This document shows positions 38,330 through 52,060 of a DNA stretch of 64,000 bases, in pieces. The DNA lies in the NCBI GenBank assembly GCA_951406725.2, contig OX597815.1:176514001-176578000 (forward strand). The letters run 5' to 3'. Positions within the stretch are counted from its first letter, which is position 1. Each line of letters begins with the position of its first letter. This DNA is from Octopus vulgaris (Eukaryota). The notes beneath the pieces are model-generated. The model worked only from the letters and a program-made list of their open reading frames with translations. It did not search any database and had not been told where the DNA came from. Both the position numbers and the translations under genes were made by a program.

Positions 38330-38481
38330 TCATATATTATTCAAAATATTCCACGTAAACACGAAGTTTCTACCTTTATAAACAAAGAGTTACAACCGCT
38401 TTACTTGTGAGATTTTTGCTACGCTGGTAACTATCTATTTATTTTTTCCGTGTTAATTGTTAACAAGGTAAAAATACACTC

Positions 38482-38537
<56 letters not shown>

Positions 38538-39034
38538 AAATATGTATACATATATATATATATCGATACACTCATATATACATGTATACATACATACATG
38601 CAAGCATACACGTATGTCATCTAATAGTTTTATAATAAGCTTATTTAACATATCTTTAGTATTCGTAAGAGAAGTTAATGTCCTATAGGCTAAGTCATGA
38701 TGTTCCATAATAAAAATTGTAAGAAGATTTGTAATGAACAAAGATAAACATCTTTCATACAAAAAAAAAACAAAAACAAACAAACAAGAAACAAAAACAG
38801 AACAAAAATAAAAATTACACCTCATCAAGACAAACGGTTTTCCATCTTCGTTTCTTTTAGAAACGTCTTGATTGCCGAAATACTTTCATTATGTCTTTAA
38901 TATTGTGTGATTTATATTTTCTTTGTAATTGCTATTTACTAGAAATTGTTTCACAAGAATTGGACTTAGGTTAGACATACGATACGACATTGCAAATTCT
39001 AACGATGGAATATTATCGATAAAGTAGCTTTTCT

Positions 39035-39265
39035 TTTTCTTTCTTTCACTTCTTTCAGTCATTAGACGCGTGCCATGCTGGAGCATCGCCTCCAAGAACT
39101 TTTAAAACCGAATGAATAAATTACAGTGTATATTTCCTGATGCCTTGTACTTATTTTATCGACCTCATTTGCCGAACTGCTAGGTGACCGGTACGTAAAC
39201 ACACTAACACCTGTTACCAAGTGGTGGTGGAGACGCACAGACACAAAGACACACACATACACTCA

Positions 39266-39318
<53 letters not shown>

Positions 39319-39490
39319 ATATATATATATATATTCGACAAGCTTCTTTTAGTTTCTATCTATCAAATCCACTCACAAGGGTTTGGTTGACCCGAAGCTA
39401 TAGTAGAAGACACTTGCCCAATGCGCAATCCAGTGAGACTGAACTCGGAACCATGTGGTTGGGAAACAAACGTCTTACCACTCAACCACG
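39035..39490 (-). mobile_element. SINE family 1 copy
   Basis: The reverse complement matches 5929-6344, with the internal (CA)n expanded. Confidence 0.85.
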
Positions 39491-39674
39491 TGTGGACTGA
39501 GAGGGAGAAAAATCGATTTTCTTGCTCGCACCTCTGTAAATTTCAGGTAGAGACGTTCACTTGATGTGACCGATGCTTGAGAAGATAACGGAGATATTTA
39601 AAAAATGACGGCAATAATAGTAATAACAACAGCAGCAACAACAATTTGTATAACCATACATCATAGTGATGATA

Positions 39675-39739
<65 letters not shown>

Positions 39740-40317
39740 GTTGATGAGGCAGGAGAAAATCTGAAAAGGAGTAATTATAAAGCTGGAAGAACAAAGAATG
39801 TGCAACGCGGAAAACAACGGTCAAATCCCACCGATTATTAAATAGAACCGTCAAGTTTTCTTTGAGTATAAAACTGATAATGATAATTAGCACCTCCAAA
39901 GCAAAACAATTGAAAGTAAGATGTTTGAATGAATTCTGTACATAAAACTATTAGAACATAAAAACACTATCATTAATGTAATCATTTGTTCAAATCATTT
40001 TATAACCAATAAAAGTGTAAATGTAAATAAACGGCAATCAGCTCTGTAGCAAGCGATAAAATATCTTCTAATCATGAAAAAAAAAATTGACTATTAATGA
40101 TGTTGCCGAAGCGTGTTTATCTTGAGTAATATTTTCAGTGTGAAATTATACGATGCTATGAATACGATAGAAATGTGGAGAGATACACAGGAAGATAGGA
40201 AAACGCTAATAAGTTTTGACAACAAGTTCAACACAACCCATGTATTACATAATTTATATGTTCGTATACAAAAGAAATAACTTAGTATATTTTTCTGATA
40301 CAACTAAAATACTTCCA

Positions 40318-40896
40318 TGTCGGATCATAAGACCTCACCTGGAATTTGCATCACCGGTCTGGAACCCCTATCTTGCCCAGGATATCAATAGTCTGGAAGC
40401 TGTTCAGCGACGTGCAACCAAAAGAATACCCTCCATCAGGCATTTGCCATATTCTGAACGCCTTACTTCCCTGGGCATGGATACATTGAAACTCCGACGT
40501 CTGGCAGCTGACTTGGCAGACACCCATAAAATTATTAACCATCTTACAAACAATAACTCTGAGCACCTTTTCAAACTCCACCCATCTAACACCCGTGGAC
40601 ATATTTACAAAGTCAGAAAACAGCAAAGCTCCCATGACTTTAGGAAACATTTTTTCACGCTGAGAGTTGCTGAAGCATGGAACAAACTGCCGGCATCAGT
40701 TGTTAGGTGTCGGAGCACTGCATCCTTCAAAACTCCCATGCTTTCTGAGATTCGCCAACACTACACCTGATTTTCTCCCCTCCATACACACACAAGCATG
40801 TATCTGACACATACATTGTTCGCTTTCCAGACATTTCTACATTACTACATGTACTTTATACGCACTTTCTGACAAGTTGTGGTGCATACAATAATT

Positions 40897-40978
<82 letters not shown>
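40318..40978 (+). mobile_element. CR1-clade LINE 3' fragment with (ATT)n tail
   Basis: IRPHLEFASPVWNPY..LEAVQRRATK..YSERL..RRLAADL..TRGH..FFTLRVAEAWNKLP. Confidence 0.92.
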
Positions 40979-40979
<1 letters not shown>

Positions 40980-41337
40980 AAGCATCATTCTATCTAGTTC
41001 TCTTGAGAATCACGTAGTTCCAGCAGCGCTCCGACGGGGCAGCAGCTGCGGCATAATCACCAAATTGGTCAATGCCTTGTCAGTAGAATTTTGGAGAGGA
41101 CCCTGTACTTATAGCCTGTGATGAATATGTTATAGATGCAAGATTGTGTATTTTGAGCGGTGTATCTTGGAGAAAGTTGCTAACCTCGAAAAGAAAAGTT
41201 TTGAAACAATTTTTAGCGAGAAAATACTTTCTGATATTTGTTCCACCCATGTTGCTCACGGAGTCCTTATTACTTCCACCAACAGAAATGAAATGAAACG
41301 GTGCTTCGCCACGACTCTGTATCCGATAAACTTTAAC

Positions 41338-41392
41338 TTTTATCTTTTACTGGTTTCAGCCAGAGACTGAGGCCAAACTGGAGCATCGCTTT
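41338..41392 (-). mobile_element. Isolated SINE-1/LINE 3' tail
   Basis: Minus strand AGCGATGCTCCAGTTTGGCCTCAGTCTCTGGCTGAAACCAGTAAAAGA. Confidence 0.55.
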
Positions 41393-43489
41393 TCAGTGCT
41401 AGCGTTTCTTTTCAGTGCTGTTTCTGGTGAAGTAGCGAATTGAACGGAGCTTCTCTTCTTTGTGTCTCCCCGCGATCTGGTTCAAATTTGCCCAAACGCT
41501 CTTTGAGGTCCACCAAATGTTGTGGACCGTTGAAACCCAGGCTCTTATTGTAATAGGTCTTTATACTTGATGGAGAAGGCAGAATATTTGGTACTATGCT
41601 GTGCTGTCCAGTTCGATGGTTGTTAAAAGAAGATAAATGCTACATTATAATCCAGTGGCTATATATAATAGCATGAATTTTAGTTATATTTGAAAGCTTT
41701 TGAACTTTTAATTGGTAATTAAAAATTTTCTCTGGCCAGAATATATCACTAATTCATTGAATTAAGGCTAAAACAATCTGGTTGTCAGCCTGCTTACCCC
41801 CTCTCCCCCTCTCTCCCTATATCTCTGCCCCCCTCTCTGCCCCCCCTCTCTGCATATATAAGTATTCCAGCGCACCGTATACAGTGTCTCTCATTGCAAA
41901 TGAAGTGTTATTGGTTCTCTTAAAGCGTCATCTTACGATGGCATTTATGTTTGAGAGCACTGCAAATCTTTCAATCGGCAGATTACCTCTTAACTCTGCC
42001 CGTCGAATCCGTGGGTGGAACAACCAAAGCTTTCGCCCTTACACATCTGTATTAACCTAGAACTCCATGAAATAAATCTGCTTAAGGCAAATTGTTGATC
42101 ATTGAATTAGCAAAACAATCATAGCTGGTCATATTTATATCGAAATATCTAATATGCTAAGATATTTTAAGAACACTTGTGGCAATAATCTAGGCATAAG
42201 AGAAAAGAAAAAAAGGTAAGGAAACTTATCAGAATGGCATTTCGAAAAGAAAAAGTCAAATTCCGAATTATCTGGTAAATAATAGAAGAAACGTTCGACA
42301 ATAGTAATTCTAGTGTGCGATAACTAAAAAGATTGTAAGGATATTGTTACAAAAGTAAACTCGATAGCAATTGTGGAAATAGATCTGTCTCTTATCACCG
42401 AGAAATGATCGTAACCGAAACTAATCAAAGTAATTATCAGAGCAATTTCCAATCACATTTTTCTTGTTGGTAGAATACTGAGGTAAACAGAACCGAGACC
42501 TGATATACAAACGACAAAGAACTATGTAGAATGTTGCCAAAATATCCCTGACTAAATGTGGAACTTCTTTGATATTCGTTTCAGTAACCTGGTTTTCGGA
42601 GGAATAACCGGGCGTTAATGTATGAAATTTCTGTGTTCATACGTGTTGAAACATGAATTTTCAGTACACGCACGTTCGAAATAATACTTATTTCCATTGT
42701 ATAGACATACACACACTCACAAATATAGATACATTATATACATACATACTTACATACACACACAAACACACACATACACACTCACAGACACACACATACA
42801 AACATATGTGTGAGTATGTGTGCGTGTATATATATATTAAGAACAAACTTACTTAGAAATGGATTCGTGCGTTCTGTCGTATATAAACAAATTAATAAAT
42901 AAAACATATGCATATATACATACATATATGTACGTACCTATCTCTACATGTATATATACATGCATATATGGGTACAGGGCACCAAAAGAACGTCGAACAC
43001 AATGAGAAACGAAAACATAAACACAAAATCAAGGAAATGGACATTTTTCTTAAACAACGAAAAAATAGAGTACAGGACATAGAACACAAGGAAAATTCCC
43101 CATGTAATGCTGGCTTTGCACACCAGTTATTTTCCCTGGCATTTATTTCTCAGAGGCAGTTATTGGGGGTCTCAGCAATTACAAGTTTTATGAGGGCGCT
43201 CCCAATGCTATTATACTTATTGTGTTTGAACATCATTGATCCTATGTCGATATGCTAAGTGTAGTTTACTTTTATCAAAGCACTGATATTATTTATGTGA
43301 GACTGACAAGTGGATAATAATCCGTTTGAGAAAATGCTTTGCCATATTCCTGTCCGCATTCATCCTGTTTAGAGCATGATATCAAAATATTTCTTCCTAT
43401 GTCATCGCATTTTTCGCCTGTCTACTTTTGGTTCGACATAGGTCATGCTATTCTTGAAGAATGTCTTTATTGCCCATAAACAGAGCGGG

Positions 43490-43672
43490 GTCAAACAAGT
43501 GGATTTAATCAATTACATTGACGTCAGTGCGTAACTGGTACTTATTCAATCGACTCCGAAAGGATGAAAAGCAAAGTTGACGTCGGCGGAATTTGAACTC
43601 AGAACGTAAGGGCAGACGAGACACCGCCAAGTATTTCGCCCGGCGTGCTAACAATTCTGCCAGATCGCCGCC
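43490..43672 (-). mobile_element. SINE family 2 copy
   Basis: Minus strand GGCGGCGATCTGGCAGAATTGTTAGCACGCCGGGCG..GAGTTCAAATTCCGCCG. Confidence 0.85.
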
Positions 43673-44779
43673 CATTTATGGCATTGCAATATGGAGCTGG
43701 TTTTTCGGAAGTTGATTCAGCAGAAGATATATCGGAAACACGTCTGCTAAAGTTATTAACTAATTATTTGATGACTGAGGGTGGATTGTTAGGGCCAATG
43801 TCAATGTAGGAGGTGGCATAATTTTGTTTATAGAAATGTGTGTCCATGGCACATAAAACGACATCTATACGTTCACACACATACAAACATACATACGAGT
43901 GTTTGCATTTGTGTACGTGTATAGATTTTAGGAATTAATGGAAGAAGATTAAACAACCTCCATGGTGTCGCTGGAATTAAAATATAAGTAATAGTTTGAA
44001 AGGGAAACATTGTTAATATAACTATGAATAAAAGAAATTGATTGGTTTGATTAAAAATGAATTGGTGACTGATGTTGCATGAGTGGTGAAAATTAGTTGG
44101 ATATAGAAATGAGCATGAAAATATTTGATCTTTTATGCTTGATAAGTATTAGCCGTTTTTATTTGAAGCATCGTGCTGCAATAGTAATTAATTTTACTTC
44201 CGACTAATTCAACTTCAAAGTGTAATTAATAATAGAATCATTTACAAGTTATATATTTTTTTAACTCTTCTATCGAAATTTATTATCTGTAGCGTTTAGT
44301 GTAATAATTTTCAAATAATATTTTTTTCAGTTATGGCTATAACTTACCGCTTTGTGGTATACAAATACATTTAATAAGGTTCCTGAAATACATATGATGT
44401 AGATGCGAATGGAATCGTGTAAAATTCAATAATACTTCCATATCACACGCTACTTGTAACATTTAATTGTCGTGTGTACATTCATTCTTCTACAAATTTA
44501 ACGGGCATTATCGAATTACAGTAAAACAGTTATTGCAAAATATGTCTTATATCCAAATATGCATAAAATTACGAGATAAGTTAAAGAGATAATGTCGAAA
44601 ATGTTAGAGCATAATATGAATATTGTTCTACAGATATTTCTGAAGTAAAGACTACTATGGAGAATATATTCCAGTGTGTATCATAACATGAAAGAAGATC
44701 TTTACATCTATTTCACATTGCGTATGAATTCTCTATTGAATATACATGTTTTACTTCGACTGTTTCTTTGATATTCCCA

Positions 44780-45650
44780 TCAACTATTTGCAGAAGATCT
44801 ACTTTCCGCAAGAAAACTAAAGACTGCTTTTGTTTGCATTCACTGAACAGAAAAATTCCACTTTCGCTACTCACTTTGCGGTCAGCTATCCACTGCACAT
44901 CCTGGGTAATTTTAACCTCATTGTACTTCATCCCACTTCTCCGGCTACAGCACATTGTGTATGCAGAGGACATTTGCGAGACTTATTTTAGTAAAACCAA
45001 TCAGAGCATTCACTTCCAGCGCTAATTCCTATATTCTCCAAACTCTCCAGTACCTCCCCTATCTTTGCACTCTCCCTTGTTCTAGAAGGATCTATCCTGA
45101 CATTTGCAAACATGTTACAATGTTTTCTCTTCCCTTTACAGCTTACTTCGTTGATTATACCAACAATCACCACATTGCACTAAATTCTAATCTCACACAT
45201 GTAATGAGGTGACACATTAAAACCCACATGTTTTACCATCTTGAAACCTAGTCTCCATTTAATGATCCCAAACATGGTTCTTCAAACGCGAAATGCATTA
45301 AACACCTAGCTTCATCCTTCACACACAATCGTTTAGTCGTCTTGGAAGTATTTAGAGACAGTAATGTTGGCTTCAATATCAAGTGAGTTTTTCATCGTGT
45401 CCTGCATGCGAGTCTCCTATCGAAATTAATGCCGACACGCTCCACTGGCTTCTCACCTCTTGATCAGGTAGCTTCCTACCAGGTCACACTGTTGCGGCGT
45501 GCGTTGACAGAACACATTGTGATCTACTTTCAGTCAGTTCCGGAGTGCATTAGGGTTCCATTAATTCCTCAACTATCTTTTTACGCACCAATAACTTATA
45601 AAAGCCCAATCTAGCGCTCATCATACGATATTCATTCACCTCGGACTCCT
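44780..45650 (+). mobile_element. Old, degenerate APE-type LINE RT remnant
   Basis: Broken motifs FHRVLHASLLSKL (cf. AFDRV.H..LL.KL) and VPECIRVPLIPQL (cf. GVPQGS.L.P.L). Confidence 0.45.
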
Positions 45651-45785
45651 TGCTTTGCATTTACCACTCGCACCTTATAAACGACGCGACAAACCCACAC
45701 TGACTTCAATAAGAGAGGGGCTGAAACCATCTTCAATAAAGATTTGAACATCTAACTGCACTAACTCATATGCCATTTCATATAC

Positions 45786-45844
<59 letters not shown>

Positions 45845-45946
45845 ATGTATGTATGTATATATAACTATATATAAATGTGTGTGTGTGTATATATATGTGT
45901 GTATATATATGCACACACATATATATATATGTATATATATATGGAC

Positions 45947-45979
<33 letters not shown>

Positions 45980-46017
45980 AATATATATATATATATGTAT
46001 ATATGTGTATATATATA

Positions 46018-46388
46018 GGCGCAGGAGTGGCTGTGTGGTAAGTAGCTTGCTAACCAACCACACGGTTGCGGGTTCAGTCCCACTGCGTGGCATCTTGGGC
46101 TAGTGTCTTCTGCTATAGCCCCGGGCCGACCAATGCCTTGTGAGTGGATTTGGTAGACGGAAACTGAAAGAAGCCTGTCGTATATATGTATTTATATATA
46201 TATGTATGTGTGTGTGTTTGTGTGTCTGTGTTTGTCCCCCTAGCATTGCTTGACAACCGATGCTGGTATGTTTACGTCCCCGTCACTTAGCGGTTTGGCA
46301 AAAAGAGACCGATAGAATAAGGACTCAAAGGTGGTGCTCCAGCATGGCCGCAGTCAAATGACTGAAACAAGTAAGAGTAAAAGAGTAA

Positions 46389-46390
<2 letters not shown>
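46018..46390 (+). mobile_element. SINE family 1 copy inserted in (TA)n
   Basis: Close match to 5929-6344 with a short internal deletion before the tail. Confidence 0.9.
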
Positions 46391-46461
<71 letters not shown>

Positions 46462-46564
46462 ACGTATATATATATATATATGTATACATATGTTTATATA
46501 TATGTACACATGTATGCATGTATGTATGTGTATATGTATGTATGTGCTGATGTGTGTGTATATT

Positions 46565-47478
46565 CTATAAATAATGCGGTTTATCTATACTTCTATTTTT
46601 CAAAATTATGATAAACAAAGTTCTTTTTTAATCTAAAATATACTCTCCTTCATTTTTTACAATGCCCTGCCATCTTCCATCTGTCTGGTAGACTTGCATG
46701 GCCACTCTTCCAAAATTCGCTTGTTGGTGACGAAAAATACAACTCCAGTACTGTTCTGACCTCGTCTACAGAATTCATATTTTTTCTGTCCAAATGATTT
46801 TGAAGACTGCAGAATAAATGATAATCAGATGGAGCAATGTCCGGCAAATATGGTGGCTTGGTGGGGCATCGTTTCCCATTCAAAGTGCTCCACCGTTTGG
46901 AATGTCATCCTCACTGTATGTGTCCCAGAATTATCCTGATTGATCTTTCGTCTTGAAATCAAAGATAATCGTTGTCCTTCTAACACTGACTTACTGGCTG
47001 ACTGACCAAATCCAAGCTAATCTGCAAGTTCTTTAACAGTTACGATGGGATTTTGTTCCACCAGGGTTTGTAGGACGTCCTCGTCGTGCTCTACAGATCT
47101 TCCAGGACGAGGCTCGTTTTCTAGGCTGTAGTTTCCGACTCGGAATTTCTGGAACCACCGTTGACATTGGCTTATGCTTATTGTCCGATCCCCATATACT
47201 GCATTTATATTCCTCACACTTTCCGTTGCGTTGTTGCCTTTACTGGACTCATAAAGCAAAATAGGCCGAAAATGCTCCTTTGTCACTTCTAATATAGTTT
47301 TGAAAAAATAACTGCTAACATCAAACTGCACTCTTCAAAACTTGCCCTAAGAATAAGTACAAGATATAATTAGTACCTGCTTTTATATAAAGTTGATGCA
47401 GGTAGTTTATCCTGTCTCCCTCCGACTTTTAGTTGATGCAATTGAAAAAAACCGCATTATTTATGGGACGACTCAATA
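46565..47478 (-). mobile_element. Internally deleted mariner element
   Basis: HTH EHFRPILLYE..NINAVYG..CQRWFQKFR.GNYSLENEPRPGRS and PPYLPDIAPSDYHLF. TIR core ATAAATAATGCGGTTT at 46567-46582 is inverted at 47449-47464. Confidence 0.92.
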
Positions 47479-47706
47479 CATACCAATATGTTTAAAGGCA
47501 TAGACATGCATACACATACATATGTACAATGTTGTATACTCTCACTCACACACAAATACAAATGCATATATATATACCTGTATACATTGGCTAACATATT
47601 GCCAGATGTTATGCAGTAGCAGCTGTTATTTTAATTTCATTCTCGCTAATTGAACTCAGTAATGACATTGTCAAGAAACGTTTGCTTACACACACACACA
47701 CACATA

Positions 47707-47744
<38 letters not shown>

Positions 47745-50382
47745 GCGTATCCATATAGATGTGTATGTATATGTATAATCAGAGCATGTGTGTGCATGTA
47801 GACATGTATTTATGAATATATATATATATATATGTACGTATGTACGTATGTATGTATGTATGTGCGCTTGTATGTATGCATAACTAATGCTTTTGCGTGT
47901 TGTCTCTGTATGTGTGCTTTTCATTTGTATCTCTGTTCCTTTAAAATCAATAGATTTTAACGAATATACTTTTGTGTCTTATAAAGAATTCACCAGTTGA
48001 GAATATATCAAATATCTGTGTCGCACACCGCGCGTACCTGGCTGAATTTTGAAAGCTGACTGTCGAACACTCTCAGTTGCTGTAATAGCGCAAATAACAC
48101 ATTTTTCAACTCAAAGTGTCACGCAGAATTAGTTAATTTGTTAATTAATATCTATTAAAGTATTAAAAACATAGCGACATATCGTGAATATAATATCGAT
48201 CTGTAGTTAATTGTTGAAAAGTTACATTGGTTTACTCTCTATCTCTGTCTCATTTCCTTGAATCTCACTCACTCTCTCTCTCTGTGACACATCCCAAATG
48301 CACACACACATATGTGAGTATGCACGCATACTCACACTTACAAACGCATACACAGATACACTGATATAAACACACACACACACATGCACACACGCACACA
48401 TATATAAACAAAGACACACACACATATACACATACACACAATCTATATGTTCGTTTGTATGTTTATTTGTGTCTGTTTGTATGACATGCCACCAGCAAGC
48501 TATATTCTTAACGTATAACAGAGAACAACCTGTTGCACGATCGTGTTATCAGCGACCAAACCGCCAACTCCCGTCAAGGCCGGTTGACGCGGAGAATCCT
48601 TCGACAACCTGCTGTGTCAAAATTTCTTTTTTTTCAAAATATGGGGAAGGTGAGGACAGTTTACGGTCGACAACTAATAACTATCCATGTACATGCATAG
48701 ATGTGTGTATGTGTGTGTGTATGTGTATGTATATGCGTGCGTGTATATATATATATGTATGTGTGTATGTGAATTTACATGTGTTTCGATTCCTATATTT
48801 ACATATATGAAAGTAGCTGAAGGATTATTAGACGTCGGTGGTGTTTGTATTTTCTGGATATTTATTCTTCAGTATTGTTTGTTTTATGATTTCGTACTAA
48901 TGTACACACGTGCTCATGATGCACAAATATTTGTCAATAAATCAAATTTGCTGTACAACTTGTCTGTTCTAGCAAAATTCATCACTTAAAGTATTTGGAA
49001 GGGAACGCAGATAATAAAACTTTCGTTGTGGCGATCGGCATTTGTTTGTAGCCATGAAACGCCCTCACTTCCGTAGTTCGCTCTTTGATGACAAACATGA
49101 AAGACGTAATAAAGTTGATAGAAGTTGTGGATCAAGTATTTTCTCAACTGCATTTTATCTTGTAGTACTCTTATTCTCTGGGAGGTGGAGTTTTGTTGCC
49201 GAGCTGCTATATCATGAAGGCCTAAGACCAGAAGGCATTCCATTGTAAGGGAAAGTGAACTGTAAAAGGAGATTATACTCCAGGGTGAGGTGTCAAGCAC
49301 AGCATATCCATAAATCTCGTTGTTTTTGCGCATTAGTCAAATAGTAAATTGTAAATAAGCAGATTAGCATAAAGATATGAAAAATTTCATTGGAAAAACT
49401 TTCTTACTTGGAATTTATAAAAATAATTACTCTTAAGGTTTTGAGAGTAAAATACCAAATCTGAAATTTGCCACCTTTCTTTTTATATCCTGGTGAAAAG
49501 ATTCTTTTTTCTGGAAGGAAATTCAAAATTACTCCCAAGGTAATGGAAATATCAGAGCTAGGTTTACCATTTCGGAGTAGATGTCTGTTTTAAGTTGCCA
49601 ACGATGCTTTTGACCAGCGATGCTTTTGACCATGTTCAGCGATGCTTTTGTCCATTTAATCTATGGAACATAAGTTTTTATCAGTTCTCTTTTCTGAGAT
49701 GAGTGAAGTATCCCTGCGTTTAGTTTCCCCTTGCCTAATCAAGAATGTAGTGTAATTAGCTAATTATGCCAATTATGGCACAAGGTGAGACACATGTACA
49801 CTCTACTCCTTATGTCTTTACCGGCAGTAGATAAAAGTCACATAATTTTGCATAAATAAAATTTCGTGAGTTACATCATGAATGAAATCTAACGAAAAGT
49901 GTTATGTCGCTCACACCGTTACGTAACAGAACTATAAAATTTAACATTTCAAATGATTTTGAAGTTAAATATCAAGGGTTTATGCTTCTTGAAGTATATA
50001 CGCAATGTTTAAGGTGAAAATGCTGGTAAAATTTATCCATTTGACCAGATCTCCAAATCCATAAAACAATAGTAAAGAAGAAACAAAACAAAAGATGTTA
50101 TAAAAAATTAACAGCGTTGCTTTTAAAAGGTTTTAATTTGTCCGCAACAACTCTACGAAATGTTTCATGCTTAAACTAATATCTGTTACTATATAGCATT
50201 ATTCCGTATTTTCACTAAAATTTAAATGTTTTTTATGGTGTGCTTTAGCATTTCCTATTTCATTGATTGTCTAGTATTATGAAAGCTGTTCGTCCGAATC
50301 AGCACCTAATCTCTAACATTTAGAGCATCGGTAATATAAGAAGCACTAATATAAATGGTTCTGTATATGAAACAAATGTAGT

Positions 50383-52060
50383 ATTTATTTTATTTTATTT
50401 ATTTTATCTGCTTTCAGCTCGCGAGCTGTAGCCATGCTGGGGCACCGCCATTTGGTGTTGCTACATGATTTTACTTCACGAATGCTTTTCAGCAAATGCC
50501 ATTTGGTGCATGAGAGAGTTCGATGCAGCTGCCCTCATCTGCACCTCCTGCCGTGAAGTCGGTTCATCTGCGACACCTGACAGGAAGAGATCCAGTTTTA
50601 TTTTAAAGACATCTGCATCCTCCCCATGCAGGTCTCTCAGGTCCTTCGGGAGGATATTGAAGAGTTGTGGGCCTCTGAAGCCCAGGCAGTCACAGTATCT
50701 TGTCCTATATCTTGATGGCAAATTTGGAGTTCTTGGTACTATGCAGTGGCGCTCAGTTCTAGTGATTGTGTAACTCTTGATGCCAAAGTTTGGGACAAGT
50801 CCTTCTAAGATCTTCCAGATGTATATTATGGCATATCTTTCTCGCCCACGCTGTAAGGAATTGAGTCGAGTCTTAGTCTCTTGAGTCTTCCCCAGTAGCT
50901 TATATGCTGCACAGAGGCTATCTTCTTCGTGTAGTTTCGTTGGATCGCCTCAAGTTCTGTGATTAACTTGACACTGGGTGGTGACCATAGCTGAGAGCAA
51001 TAGTCAAAGTGGCTTAGGACAAGTGTCCTCCAGAAGACCATCATGGTTTCCTGGTCTCTTGTTCTAAAGGTTCTAAGAATCCGTCCGGTCAGCCGCCTAC
51101 ATTTCATTGCCAATTTAGCAACATGCACATGAAAGGTTGCATCATTACTCATGTAAATACCCAGGTCTCGCACTGATTGTGCCTCTGGGATTGCAATCCC
51201 TCCAGGTCCAGGGTATTTATTGGGTATTGCATTTAGTTTTGCATGCTGATAGCATAAAGCTTGAAACTTTTCAGCATTGAACTGCATGCTATTCTTTTCA
51301 GCCCACTTGTATATTTTGTCCAGCTCACATTGCAGGTGCATAGTGTCTTCAGGGTTCTGTATTGCCTGTGAAACTTTTGTATTATCTGCATAACTTGTGA
51401 TCATGGCTCTCTGCGTGGCTGAGGGCATGTCTGATAGGGCCATTATGAACAGTAGTGGTCCCAAAACAGTGCCTTGCGGAACACCGCTCACTATTTGCGT
51501 GTTAATGGAAGTGGCTCCATTGGCTACTACCACCTGGCTTCTATCCTTCAGAAAGTCATGAAGCCATTCTCCCAATTTTCCAACTATGGCAAGATCACGC
51601 AGTTTGTGACATATCATTCCATGATCGACTTTATCAAAGGCCTTTGCAAAGTCGAGATATATCACTTCCACATTTGAGTGGTTGAGTAATCGTTTCAGCA
51701 CCTAGTCATAGTGTTGTAGGAGCTGAGTTAGGCAGCTTCTTCCTGATCGGAAACCATGTTGGGTGTCAGGCAGCAAGTCATTTTCTTCAAGGAAGGTGAT
51801 TAGTTTCCTTCTGACTATTCATTCCATGACCTTGTGGGGTCAGAGAGATAGGTCTGTAGTTCATGGTCTCCGCTCTGCTACCTCCTTTATGAATAGGGCA
51901 TATTTTACCTTCCTTCAGTTTTCTTGAAAGTTTGCCAGTTGCAAGGAATCTCTGAAAGAGGAACTGCAGTGGTCTTGCTAGGACTCTCTTACATACTTTT
52001 AGAAAGCTTGCTGGGAATCCATCGGGGCCAGCAGCTGAGTTTGTTTCATTTCATCTATAG
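50383..52060 (-). mobile_element. CR1/L2-group LINE, 5'-truncated RT with 3' end and (TAAAA)n tail
   Basis: NYRPISL, QHGFRSGRSCLTQL, YLDFAKAFDKV, GVPQGTVLGP, YADN (mutated YADD), VRDLGI, DYCSQLWSP, GPQLFNILP. Confidence 0.93.

Noticed and set aside
48986-49333. 115-aa minus-strand ORF
   Set aside because: No recognisable motif, and the length is compatible with chance.
49602-49653. Three CGATGCTTTTG(A/T)CCA units as a CRISPR-like array
   Set aside because: The context is eukaryotic and there are no real spacers. This is a simple local tandem duplication.
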